Shown: in pieces, positions 12,959-26,288 of the stretch
Layout of the letters: each line of letters opens with the position of its first letter
Position numbering within the stretch: the first letter of the stretch is position 1
Source of the DNA: Felis catus
Taxonomy: Eukaryota
Direction of reading: 5' to 3'
Assembly (NCBI RefSeq): GCF_018350175.1
Contig: NC_058369.1
Coordinates: forward strand, 10,418,001 to 10,482,000
DNA: 64,000 bases
The notes under the pieces: generated by a model
Seen by the model: the letters and a program-made list of their open reading frames with translations, nothing else
What the model was told of the DNA's origin: nothing
The model's database searches: none
Made by a program: the position numbers and the translations under genes

Positions 12959-15900
12959 TTCTCCCCACTGGCAAGGTATGGGAGGGGGTCCTGGGGCCAC
13001 CCTCCTCCCTGACAGTCCCTCCTGGTGACTCCTTCCTCCTCCCCCAGCTGCTGTGCGCCATCATCGCGGGGGCCTTACACTATCTCTACCTGGCCTCCTT
13101 CACCTGGATGCTGTTGGAGGGTCTACACCTCTTCCTCACGGCACGCAACCTGATGGTGGTCAACTACTCCAGTGTGAGCAGGTTCATGAAGAGACTCATG
13201 TTCCCTGTGGGCTATGGAGTCCCGGCTCTGATCGTGGCCATTTCTGCTGCATCCAGACCTTCCCTTTATGGAACACCCATCAGGTAAGTGCCAATTCCCA
13301 CTGCCCCTGTCTTCTCCAGCAGGATCATGGCCACCACCAGAACCAGAGGAGTATTTTTTATTATGCCCAAACAGAACACAGAGAAGACATGCTAAGTAAT
13401 CATCCTTAGGACATCTTTCTGGTGGGAAGTTATAAGTTAAGCAGAATGTCTTTAAAGTTCTGTCCTTTGAATAGCAAGACTGAAATCAAAAGACGCGCTT
13501 AGGACATCATTAAAACAATAGAATCTACTTCTTTCTCCAAATCCTTTAAGATGTTCCAGTTTTTTAAAAATTTGGAGCTAGAGCTGATTTATGTAATCAA
13601 GTAATAGATTTTTATATCACGGTTAAGATATACAAGGTACTTACTTTATGCCATGGATTTTTCTAACCATTTTTGTATGCATTAACTCGGTGAATACTCA
13701 CACTAAAACTATGAAGTAGGCAGAGCCATTTGTCCCATATTACAGGTGAGTAAACCGAGCCACACGTAATCTCATTAAATGCCCCAAGGGGAATGGCTAG
13801 TAAGTGGCAGAACTAGGATTCAAATCCACGAGTCAAGCTTTAGCGTTTGTACTCTGACATTTCCACCATTAATGCTTGGTTTCACATTTTTACATTTTTC
13901 TTGAAGTATATTTCACATACCCTAAAATTGACTCTTGGAAAGTGTACAGATTAGTGTTTTTTAGAATGATCATAGAGTTATGTATGCATCACCAGAACAT
14001 GCAGACATGACTGGAACACCTTCAACCCCCCTAGAAGAAACCTCACACACAATAACATTCCCTCCTCAGTCCTGTTACCCTCTTCTACCCCAGCCCCCTG
14101 GGCCACCACTAATATACCTTCTGTCTCTAGGGATCTGCCTTTTCTGGAAATTTGACTTAAGTGAAATCATACCTGTGGTCTGTTGCGACTGGATTCTTTC
14201 ACTTCGTAGGATGCTTTCAAGGCTTATCCATGTTGTAGCAAGTATCATGACTTCATTCCTTGTGATTCCTTGCTGCTGCTGGTGGTGTTTTGTAAATAAT
14301 ATTCCACTATACAGATATACTGCATTTTTTCAATCTATCATTTGATAGACTCTTGGATTGTTTCCTTTTTTTTTTTTTTTTTTTTTTTTAAAAGGAGGCT
14401 TCATGCCCAGAGCAGGGCTTGAACTCACGGCCCTGAAATCAAGACCTGAGCTGAGATCAAGAGTCGGACGCTTAGCTGACTGAGCCACTCAGGCGCCCCA
14501 AGTTGTTTCTATTTTTTGCCACTATGAGTGATGCTGCTATAAATATACATGTGTAAGTTTTGGTGTCAACATATGTTTTCTTTTGTTTCGGATATATATC
14601 CATTTGTGGAACTGCGGGATCACATTGCAGATCTATGTTTAGCACTTTGACAAACTGTCATCTGTTTCTCCAAGTGTCTGCCCCAGTTTCTATTCACACA
14701 AGCCATGTGTGAGGGTTCTAATTGCTCTGCATTGTCATAGACCCTGGGTCTGGAGTTCTCGCTTGTCCAGCAAGAGAGTGGATGCAGGATTACAATGCGA
14801 GAGAGGCTAATGTCCGGGAGGAGACAAGAGCCCCAAGTAAGGGTCCTTGCTCTGTTTTTATTAGGATCAGAAGGCTTACAGGCGTGATGGACGTGCACAA
14901 AGAAATGAAACTGTGAACCTTAACTCATGGGCGTGAGGAAAAGGGGGTTTTGAAGATATGCGGTGGTAGGGGTTTGGATCAATACAACACAAAGTCCAGG
15001 AGCCAAGCAGATGGTTGTTTACAGCAGACATGAAACGCCACATCTGTTTACCTAAACTTGCCTAGGGCACAAGAAAGAAAGAGCATGCTACCTCAGGGTC
15101 AACGAGGCATGTTTCTTTTGCTAATTAGCTCCATTCTGGGCAACTTCGCCTTGCTGAGGTCCATAGCCCTGCTTACCTGTTGACCCATTTGGGTCCTTCC
15201 TTCCTGGGAAAGCAGCTTTCTGCTATTGTACTAAGTTGGGAGGCATTTCCACCCTGAATACCTAATCTTGGATGCATTCATCCTCTAGCTTTCTATTTCC
15301 TTATGCCTTGTTAACCCATCGGTGCAAGCTCAGGGATTCCTAAGCTTATTCCCCACACTCTGCCTCATCAACACTTATTTTCTGCATTTTTAAAAAAAAA
15401 ATTTTTTTTTCCACGTTTTTATTTATTTTTGGGACAGAGAGAGACAGAGCATGAACGGGGGAGGGGCAGAGAGAGAGGGAGACACAGAATCGGAAACAGG
15501 CTCCAGGTTCCGAGCCATCAGCCCAGAGCCCGACGCGGGGCTCGAACTCATGGACCGCGAGATCGTGACCTGGCTGAAGTCCGACGCTTCACCGACTGCG
15601 CCACCCAGGCGCCCCTATTTTCTGCATTTTTAATTTTAGCCCTCTGCATGAGTTTTAAGTGTTATTTCACTGTGGTTCAGACTTGCAATTCCCCAATAAC
15701 TAGTGATGCTGAGTGGCTTTTCACCTGTTTATTGACCATTTGCATATCTTCTTTGGAGAAACGCCTTTTCAAACCTTTTGTCCATTTAAAAAAAAACATT
15801 TTTTTTAAAGTTTATTTTTATTTTTGAGACAGAGAAAGACAGAGCACGAACGGGGGAGGGTCAGAGAGAGGGAGACACAGAATCCGAAGCAGGTTCCAGG

Positions 15901-18900
15901 CTCTGAGCTGTCAGCACAGAGCCCGACGCGGGGCTCGAACTCACGGACTGTGAGATCATGACCTGAGCCGAAGTTGGATGCTTAACCGACTGAGCCACCC
16001 AGGCGCCCCACCTTTTGTCCATTTTTAAATTCGGTTATTTGTCATCTTGCTGAGTTTTTGAGTTCTTAGTATATTCCGGATGGTAGTGCCTCATCAATTT
16101 GTGATTTGCAAATATTTTCTACCTCTCCATGTCTTTTCACTTTCTTGCAAAGTGAAAAGTTTAAAGCAGAGAAGTTTTTTAATTTGATGAAGTCCACTTA
16201 ATTTTTCTTTTGTTGTTTGTGCTTAGGATTTTGTATCTAAAACACCATTGTGCAACCCAATATCCCTACATTCCTTTCCTCCTCCTTTTTATTATTGCTG
16301 TCATAAAAATTATATCTTTGTACCTTACAAGCCCATTGACACGGTTTTAAAAGTATTGCTTTGCGTGGTTATCTTTTAACACAGAAGAAGAGGATTACAA
16401 ACAAAAATATACTTCAGTGTCTTTCATAATACCCACATAGTTACTTTTATTGGTGCTCTTTATGTCTTTGTTTGGATTGAAGTTACTCTCTAGTCTCCTT
16501 TCATATCAGCCTGACTTATTTAGGGTTTCTTGTGACCACTTAGCAAACAAGAATGATCTTATTTTTATCTTGAAATGCCTTAATTTCTTCATGTCTCAAG
16601 GAGAATTTAGCTGGATACAGAAGTCTTGATTGACCATCATTTTTTTTTTTTTTGAAACCTTGAAGATGATATTCCACTGCCTTCTCCATGATCTCAGGCA
16701 AGAAGTCACTTGTTAATCTTATTGAGGATCCCTTGTACATGAAAAATCAACTGTCTCCTGCCACTTTAAAGATTTTGTCTTTGCCTTTTTTCAGTAGGTC
16801 TATGATGCGTTTCAGTGTGGATCTCTTTGAATTTATTCCAATTATAGTTCCTTGAGCTTCACATTTGGGAAGTTTTTAGCCATTCATTCTTTAAGTATTT
16901 TTCTGCCCTTTTTGCTTTGTCTTCTGGGATTCCAACTGTGTATGTGTTGGAGCACTTGTCCTATGCCATAAATCTCTTGAGGTTCTGTTCATTTTTCTTC
17001 ATCCTATTTTCTTTCTGTTCCTCAGACTGCGTAGTTTCTGTTGATGTATATTCAAATTTATTTATTTATTTTTCTTTTACCAGCTCAAATCTGTTGTTGA
17101 GCCCTTCTGGTGAATTTCTCACTTCAGTTTTTGTATTTCTCAACTCTAGAGTTTCTGTTTGGTTCCATACAGAATATCTATTGCTTTATTCATATCCCTT
17201 ATTTGGTGAAACATTGTTGTCCTACTTTTCTTTCATTTTTCAGAAATGGTTTTGTGTTTTTAATATATTTGTAATAACTGATGTAAAGACTTTATCTACA
17301 AGATTCGAAGTCTGTGCCTTCTCAGAGATGCTTTCTTTTGACTGATTTTTTTCCTCTGTGTATGTTGCACATTTTCCTGTTTCTTTGGGTATATTATACT
17401 TTTTTGTGAAAACTCAATATTTTAGATAATATATTGTAATCCTGCTGTTTCAGTTTCCTCCACCCTTCAAGATATGTTGTTATTTCTGGTTTGTTGGTGT
17501 CTTTGTTTGTTTGTTTAGTGACTTTCCTGGATTAATTCTGTAGATTGGCCATTTCTTGCAGTGTGTGTCCCCTGAGTTCTCTGCTAGCTTTTTTAAAGTT
17601 CTTATTTTTGTTTTTAATCATGGGTTCCTAGGGTGTTGGTCGCACCTGGGTCAGTTTATTTAGTGGCCACCAACTGTTTGTTCCGGAAGATTTCCTTAAA
17701 TGCTTTGCCTATGTACTTTGCATTCTTCTAAAAAGGTATCTGTGTGAGAAGACCGCACCTTCAAACTTCAGGAAGTTTACGTAACAGTCTTAGCTTTCAC
17801 TTTATGATTGCACAAAGCCTCAAGGTCAGACAGAGATGAGAGACTAGTGCTTTCTTTTCTCCCCATGCCTGTTTTGAGTGGAGCCATACCCTTATGCATC
17901 CTCAGATTTGCAGGAATATTTCAGAAATTTTCAAAAATTTTCATCGTCCTTGAGTGGTCCAGTATTTCCTTTTAAGTTCCCGGAAAAGTTCTTTTGATCC
18001 CACCTGAAATCACAGCCTTAGGCAGCTGGGAATGGGGCCATAATTTGTTATTGTATTGATAATGCCCCAGAGTCAGCTCCCCCTCCCCCGTGATTTCTCA
18101 GTCGAATCAAATAGGCACCAAATTTAGAGAATAAAGAGTTAGGAAACTACAGAGTTAGAAGAAAACTTGGTTGTGTTCTGGGGGTGATGATGATGTTTTC
18201 CATGGAGCTTCCAAACTAGTCAGATCTCTCTGCTGTCTTCAACGTTGTCAACTTCTGGCTGCCACACTACTAAGCTGGGGAGAGACAGAACTGAGATAGC
18301 TCTGACTTAAAACATCCCAGACTCCTTTCTCCCCACAATCTTATTGAGGTCCAGTAGCGTCTCTTGGTTCGACTATTTTTCAACTTGTTCTGTGGTGCTG
18401 GGTAATCGCCACAGTTCCGAAGTGGTCGGTTTTAGTTGTTTTGCTTGTGTTTTTGCTGTTTTAGAAGGAGAGCAAGTTCATCAAGGTCCTTACTCCTCTA
18501 CTCAGGAGGTCAGTTCCCAGAACGTGCACTATGAACCACAATGTGCTGCTAAAACTTATGCTCACCTGATTCACCTGAGCTGTCTCCAGGTGTCTTTCTT
18601 GGACACTGCAGTTCTTTCTTGCTTACATTCTTTTTAGTCTATACTTCAGTTGTCCTGAAATGGCCTACCAAACTGTCCATTGCTCTTTTCATTTAAAAAT
18701 TTTTTTTCATGCTTTTTAAAGTTTATTTTTGAGACAGAGAGGGACAGAGTACGAGTGGGAGAGGGACAGAGAAAGAGGGAGACGTGGAATCCGAAGCAGG
18801 CTCCGGGCTCTGAGCTGTCAGCACAGAGCCCAATGTGGGGCTCGAACTCATGGACCATGAGATCATGACCTGAGCCGGAGTTGGTCGCTTACCCAACTGA

Positions 18901-21304
18901 GTCACCCAGGTGCACCTGTCCGCTGTTCTGAAATGCCCTGCTCACTCTCTACTTTACCCTAATGTAGGATCAAAAGTGAATTCTGTCACTATCAGTAAAA
19001 TCTTCAGCAATAGGCCTAAGCTCTCTATGCATTAATTACCAATCTGTGGTCATAAGAGAATATCTGTTTTGTGCTGGTGTTAAAATTAAATCAAATAACT
19101 CACCAACAAAACGCAAATAGCTCAAGTTAAAAATGGTCAAAATAGGGGCCCTTGGCTGGCTCCGTGGGAAAAGCATGCGACTCTTGATCTTGAGGTCATG
19201 AATTCAAGCCCCCATGGGGGGCTATAGAGATTATTTGAATAAACCAATAAACTCAAAGGTGGACAACATATTTTAATAGACATGTCTCCAAAGATAGGTA
19301 AATGGCCAATAAATACACGAAAAGATGCTCACTAGCCTTAGTCATCAGGAAAATGCAAGTCAGAAACTATAAATGAGATATTACTTTATACCTATTAGTT
19401 GAAATGGTTAAAAAAAAGACAATAAACACTACTTGCAAGGATGTGGAAAATTCGGAACACTCCTACATTGCTGGTTGGAATGTAAATGGTGCGGTCACTT
19501 TGGAACACAGTTTGACAGTTTCTCACAGGGTTAAATATAAAGCTACCACATGACCAACCAACACCACTCCTGGGTACATACCCCAAACAAATGAAAACAT
19601 ATGTTCACACACGGGGCGTCTCAGTGGCTCATTTGGTTAAGCAGGTCAGGTCGTCATCTCCCGCTTTGTGAGGTTGAGCCTTGTGTTGGGCTCTGTGCTG
19701 ACAGCAGAGAGCCTGCTTAGGATTCTTTCTCTCTCTCTCTCTCTCAAAAGAAATAAACTTAAAAAAATCAACCTTGTACGAGACGCCTGGGTGGCTCAGT
19801 CGGTTAAGTCTCTGACTTCAGCTCAGGTCATGATCTCATGGTTCGTGAGTTCAAGCCCCTCATCAGGCTCTGTGCTGACAGCTCAGAGCCTGGAGCCTGC
19901 TCTGTGTCTCCCTCTCTCTCTCTGCCCCTCCCCCGCTCGTGCTCCGTCTCTCTCTGTCTCTCAAAAGCAAATAAATGTAAAAAGCCCCACCAAACCCTTG
20001 TACACGAAGGCTCATAACAGCACTATTCAAAATTGGAGACAACTGAAAACAACCGAATGCCCCTCAACTGATGAATGGATAGGCCAAGTATGATCTGGCC
20101 ACACACAGAATATCATTTAGCCGTGAGAAAAAGAATGAGACATTTTTTTCAGCCATAAAAATGTGCCGTGATGTGAACGGACTTTGAAAACACGGTGCTG
20201 AATGAAAGAATTCAGTCACGAAAGGCCACATGTCGCATGATACTATTTATGTAAAGTGTTCACAGTAGGCAAATCCATTAGGTGAGAAGGCAGATTAACA
20301 GTGCCCTGGGGCTCCGGTGGGAGTGGAGTAGAACACAGTGACTGCTTCTGTGCATGAAATGTCTTTTTTTTTTTTTTTTAAAGAAGTCCAAGTTCAACGT
20401 TTATTTATTTTTGGGACAGAGAGAGACAGAGCATGAACGGGGGAGGGGTAGAGAGAGAGGGAGACACAGAATCGGAAACAGGCTCCAGGCTCTGAGCCAT
20501 CAGCCCAGAGCCCGACGCGGGGCTCGAACTCCCGGACCGCGAGATCGTGACCTGGCTGAAGTCGGACGCTTCACCGACTGCGCCACCCAGGGGCCCCATG
20601 AAATGTCTTTTTTTAAACGATTTTGGCTGAAGTCCTCACGCTTTATTTTTTACTTATTTTTTTTAAAAATGTGTATTTATTTTTGACAGAGAGAGAGAGA
20701 GCAAAAGCAGGGGGGAGGGCGGAGAGAGAGGGGGACAGAGGATCTGAAGCCGGGGCTCAGCCTCACCAACCTGGAGGTCACGACCTGAGCCGAAGTCAGA
20801 CGCTCAGCCCATTGAACCACCCAGGCGCCCCGGGAACAAAATTTCTCTTAAGGAGCCGCAAACGTCCTCGAGTTAGATTTTGGTGCGGGTCGCACAACTC
20901 TGCGACTATTCGAAGGATCACTGAACTGTGTGGTTTAAATGGGTGACTTTTATGGTATGTAAAATATATCTCCATAAAGCCATGAAAAAAAAATTAAAAT
21001 AAGTTGATGGGTTTTGCAGCAGGATGAAAAAAAATTAGATTGAACAGTGCAAGAGAGTCCCCTAAAACCATGTTAGGGATGGGTCACACGACTCTCCCGA
21101 ACTGTTAACATGTTTGTGGGCCTCTTCCTTGCTCCAACACTGTTTATCTCAGTAACATCATTCACCATTAATATCTCAGCTAAGGGGCGCCTGGGTGGCT
21201 CAGTTGAGTGTCTGACTCCTGGTTTCGTCTTAGGTCACGATCCTGGGGTGGTGGGATTGAGTCCCAAATCGGGCTCTGTGCTGAGCGCAGAACCTGCTTA
21301 AGAT

Positions 21305-21362
<58 letters not shown>

Positions 21363-24300
21363 TCCACACCTCTCCCTTGCTTGCGCTCTATCTAAACAAA
21401 AACAAACAAAACAAAACAAAACAACAGAAAAAAAAACCAACTCAGCTAAACATATAATTTCCTTAGGGAATCTTCCTTCACCATCCAAATCCCTCAGATT
21501 CCAAACTAAGCATGACATCCAATGATACATTCTTATAGCTGCACATTTTTATTGTTACAGTATGTTTAATTATGTGTCTCCTACTCCACGTGAGATTTGT
21601 GGGTCTTAAGACTGTTTACTTTCTTTGCCAATGACAGAGCCTGTCATGGAAGAGTCAGTATTTGTTGATGAATGAATGAATGAACAAATGAATGAATGAA
21701 CGAATTTATATAATTGTTCTACATTCCTCAGGATGAATGCATTTTTTACTTTCTCTCTCTTGCCCAGCTGCTGGCTCCATCCAGAAAAGATGTTTATATG
21801 GAGCTTCCTGGGACCAGTCTGTGTCGTTATCTCTGTGAGTGATGATGTCAGAGCATCCTTAATGCTCAGCTGAGGGTCATTCATTAGAAGAGCAGAATTA
21901 TAAGGGGGGGGGGGCGGTGACAGGGGCAGGAATGTCCCTGGATTGTCATTTTTTTTGGGGGGGGGTTTGGTTTTCTAAGACTGCTCCTAAAACTATGAGC
22001 TCTAACATGGTTACTTAATATGAAAACGACTTAAATGTGGGATTGATGTGGGGCAGGCTGGGAGACAGATAACCAATTGAAATTGTACTCAATAAACCTT
22101 CTGTGGTTTCCCGAAGGTCAATTTAGTGTTGTTTTTCATGACCCTCTGGATTTTGCAAAGCAAGCTGTCTTCCCTCAACAGCGACGTATCCACCCTCCAG
22201 AACACAAGGTAAGGTGGAGGAGAGAGTGACAACCCCACGGGCATAGGTGGTCCAAAGGGCAAACCCGTGTGCCTCGGTGGTCCTTAGTGTTTCTTCTGAG
22301 GGGACCCAGAGTAAAGAGGTGTAGTTAACCTTCTCAGTCAGAAGAGCTGGCACTCTGGCCGAAATGTTCTGTCCATTTCTAGCCCCGGCTTGTCGCTTCC
22401 CTCAGCAACAGGAAGAATCGACCTTGGTCACTAAACATTCTTTGGACTTTTGCCAGGGAATCCTAGGACGAAGGTGCAGGGAACATTTATGTTCCCACGA
22501 AGCACTTAGAAAAGCCTGTGGCTGTTTCCACAGCCCAGCCTCCACTTGCTGCCCCGCTCAGTGCAGGCTCCTTCTCACCCCTGTTCCCGTCCTTTCTCCG
22601 GAGAAAATCCTAGCCAGTGTCGAATCTTCTGGGAGGCGAGGGCAATCCTTGTTCCAGCGACCTTTGTGCAGATTTAATGCTGTTTCTTCCACGTTCCTAC
22701 CGTTATCCTTTCCAAATGAAAAGAGAAATCTTGCCTTTTTTTTTTTTTTTTTAAGTTTACTTATTTATTTTGAGAGAGAGAGAGAGAGAAAGAATCCCAA
22801 GCAGGCTCCACACTCACAGTGTGGGGCTCGAAGTCACAAACCACGAGATCACGACCTGAGCCTCAGTCAGCCGCGCAACGGGGTCACCCAGGTGCCCCTT
22901 GCCTTTGTTATTTTTAATGCCCAGGTCCCAGCACAGACCCTCCTCGGTGGTGTTGGTTGAATGAATTTCAGGATCTCCAGGGAGCACTGTAAAACTTTTG
23001 AAACTTACATTGTGAGGTATCCCTATCCTCCTCAATGCAAGTCAAGACACTTTCCTGGTCCCAAGTGGCATTTTGGCTGTGGGGAATCACTGACAGTAAA
23101 GATCAGAGCCCATCACAAGTCAGTCTGAGAACTCATCACCGACAGGGGGTGACAGCAGCCTCCGTGGGGCGGGGAGGAGAATGGCTTGTGTTGCTCCCGG
23201 TGCATCACGAGCCTCCTCTCTCCTCCTACCCAGGATGCTGACATTCAAAGCGACGGCTCAGCTCCTCATCCTGGGCTGCACGTGGTGTCTGGGCCTCCTG
23301 CAGGTGGGGCCAGCTGCCCGCGTCATGGCTTACCTCTTCACCATCATCAACAGCCTGCAGGGAGCGTTCATCTTCCTGGTGTACTGCCTCCTCAGCCAGC
23401 AGGTACCACAGTCCGGCCCCCATCCAGGACTCTTCCTGTCCCCACCCCGCCCAGTGAGCTGACCCAGAGCATGCTTCACCCTTGCAGGTCTGGGAGCAGT
23501 ACAGGAAATGGTTTAGAAGGGCCAGGAAAGCCAAAGCCGAGTCTGAGAAGTACACACTGTCCAGCAGGGCCGTGTCTGATGCCTCCACCCCCAACACGGT
23601 AGGATCGCGTTCTGCTCCCACAGCCCTTCCCTAACTGATCCGCTTGAGTGCCGTCCTTGTCCAAGTACAGTGCTTGTCACACTGAACAACTTTATATGCA
23701 GCGGATAGATGACGCTCTAGGGTGGTTCCCCCTTGGTTTGCGTTTGACTCATGGACTATTACCCACGGTCTCCTTGGAAAGGTTTGTTTAAGACTATATG
23801 TTGTTCTTAGTCCTCAGGGAACCGTGTTCCTCTTAACTCTTACACACCAACACTCTTATTACACACCTGCCGTGTGGCAGGCATGGCTACCCAACAAACA
23901 AGAATCAATGCTCTGAAGGGGTGATGCGCGTTCTCGTCAGAGCCGCATTATCCTTATCCTTTTTCTCTACACCCACCCGTATCGCACAGTCACTGAGCAG
24001 AAAAGGCAAAGGCCCAGAAAGGCAACCATGGGGAAGGTTGGTGTGCGTATTTATGAATTAAACAGAAAGAAGCGTTGGCTGGCATCTTGGACTTTCTCAC
24101 CAGACCGCCTATATTTTCCGCACCCTCTACCCACTGCGGAGCCAGGAAGGAACAACAGCAATGGTGTAGGATAATTCGTGGCGATGGCTACCAAGAGCCA
24201 ACACCTACTGGTTTAGACTTAACCAAGTTCTTTTAAAAAAGTTTTTAAGTGTTTATTTACTTTTGAGAGAGAGACAGAGACAGAGCGAGAGCAGGGCAGG

Positions 24301-26249
24301 GACAGAGAGGGAGACGCAGGATCCGAAGCAGGCTCCAGGCTCCGGGCTGTCAGCACAGAGCCCGCCGCGGGGCTCGAACTCGCGAACCGTGAGATCATGA
24401 CCTGAGCTGAAGTCGGATGCCCAACCGACTGAGCCACCCAGGCGCCCCTTAACCAAGTTCTTTACCTACGTTTTCTCACCTCTCCCACTTTCTGTGAAAT
24501 CCCTTGGGTCTTCCTTCCCATCTAAAGGAGCCCCCTATGCTGCCAGGAAGTCCTTCTGTGTTTCTCTCTTTACCTTGTTCACCCAACCTCCACTACCACT
24601 GGTTCTGCCCCTGAATCTTCTGTCTCTTCCCCCTTTTGCAGCAAATGTTCTCACCACCTGTTTCACAGGGAAAATCAGAGCCCTCACGATGACACCTTGT
24701 GAACTCCATGCCGTTGCCTATTCCAACCAAACATCCTCGTGCATCCTTTTCACATCCCTGTGTCATGGATGCAGTCTCTCTCCTGCTCAGTGGAGACTGC
24801 TTCCACCTGCTCTTTGGGTCCCATCGTCATGCCTTATCAGTTATCTTTAAGTTACTGTTCACACGTCCTCCTTCTCTCCTTCCCCTTCCCTCTGTTACCA
24901 TCTGGGAATATTCCTCCCGTAGTCAAGGAAACATGTTTGGTTCTCTTCTATCTTAAAAACAGGTACCACTGGGGCGCCTGGGTGGCACAGTCGGTTGAGT
25001 GTCCGACTTCAGCTCAGGTCATGATCTCACAGTTTGTGGGTTCGAGCCCCGTGTCAGGCTCTGTGCTGACAGCTCGGAGCCCGGAGCCTGCTTCGGATTC
25101 TGTGTCTCCCTCGCTCTCTGTCCCTCCCCCGCTCGTGCCCTGTCTCTCTCTGTCTCTCAAAAATAAGTAAAAAATGTTAAAAAAAAATTAAAAGCACGTA
25201 CTACTTACCTTTTTTTAGCCACAGGCTAAGAGCTGACTTTTCTGTCTGTCTCCATTTCCTTGCCTTAAACTCACTCCCTCAACCTAGCAAATATGGTGTC
25301 TTTTCCCCTTCATGCCCCGAAACAAACATCTTTTAGACCCACAATGATCTCCGTGGCCCTACGTTTTCTCAGAAACTGGTGACGCTGATTCTCAGTCCTT
25401 TCTCATGAAACACTCCATCCTTATCCCCTCTAGATTCTACTCACATGCCCTTCTCTCTCTATGAGAGAGAGACAGAGCGCGAGCGGAGGAGGGACAGAGA
25501 GAGAGGGAGACACAGAATTGGAAGCAGGCTCCAGGCTCTGCAACATCAGCACAGAGCCTGACGCGGGGCTCGAACTTGTGAACCGTGAGATCATGACCTG
25601 AGCCGAAGTCATTCGCCTAACCAACTGAGCCACCCAGGTGCCCCTTCACTGTGCCTCTTTGGAACAAAGGCTTCGCATATATTTCCTCTCCTTGAAACAC
25701 TCTTCTGTTTTCCTTGACACAAAACTATGGAAGCCCTGAGATCTTAGCTCATGTGTCTATTCCTCTGAGAAGCCTTCTCTTCTCACTCAGATTAGGTCAG
25801 ATCTTCTTGTTTTCCACTCTCATGGCCCCTAGCTTTTCCTGCTGAGCGTTTGTCAGAGTCATTTTACTCTTGGTGTCTGCTCTTTGGTCAGTGTCTGTCC
25901 TCCCTCTAGACTTCAGCCCCAGCAGGCACCGTGTTGGTTTTCTCTCTCATGTATCCCCAACATTTCACACAGCGTCAGGCATACAGAAATGCTCTGCACA
26001 TAATTGCTGTGTGGCTGATCAAATTAAATTAAATGAACACACCACAGCTGCAGAAGGGGCAGGAACTTGCTTGGTCATCAGTCTCTTCCCAACTTTCCAA
26101 GTGCTCAATAATTATCCAATGAGCAAACAAATGAATGAATAAATGAGTGAATGAACTGCCTGACCAGGAGGGGAGTAAAATATTAGAACAAACTACTGAT
26201 TAGTTTATGACGCCTTTCTCTCGGGAATTTCAAGACAATTCTCTGCCCT

Positions 26250-26288
<39 letters not shown>

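Larger units (their letters stand above)
13885..21000. mobile_element. Nested block of old L1M fragments (both strands), Can-SINEs and an LTR filling the gene A TM4-TM5 intron
   Basis: L1 3'-end and ORF1-like motifs; SINEs near 14365, 15394, 15797, 18700, 19145, 19613, 19781, 20370, 20660. Confidence 0.7.

Noticed and set aside
15429..15827. Recurring ORFs of the type [25 protein letters not shown] as a gene family
   Set aside because: They are antisense translations of Can-SINEs
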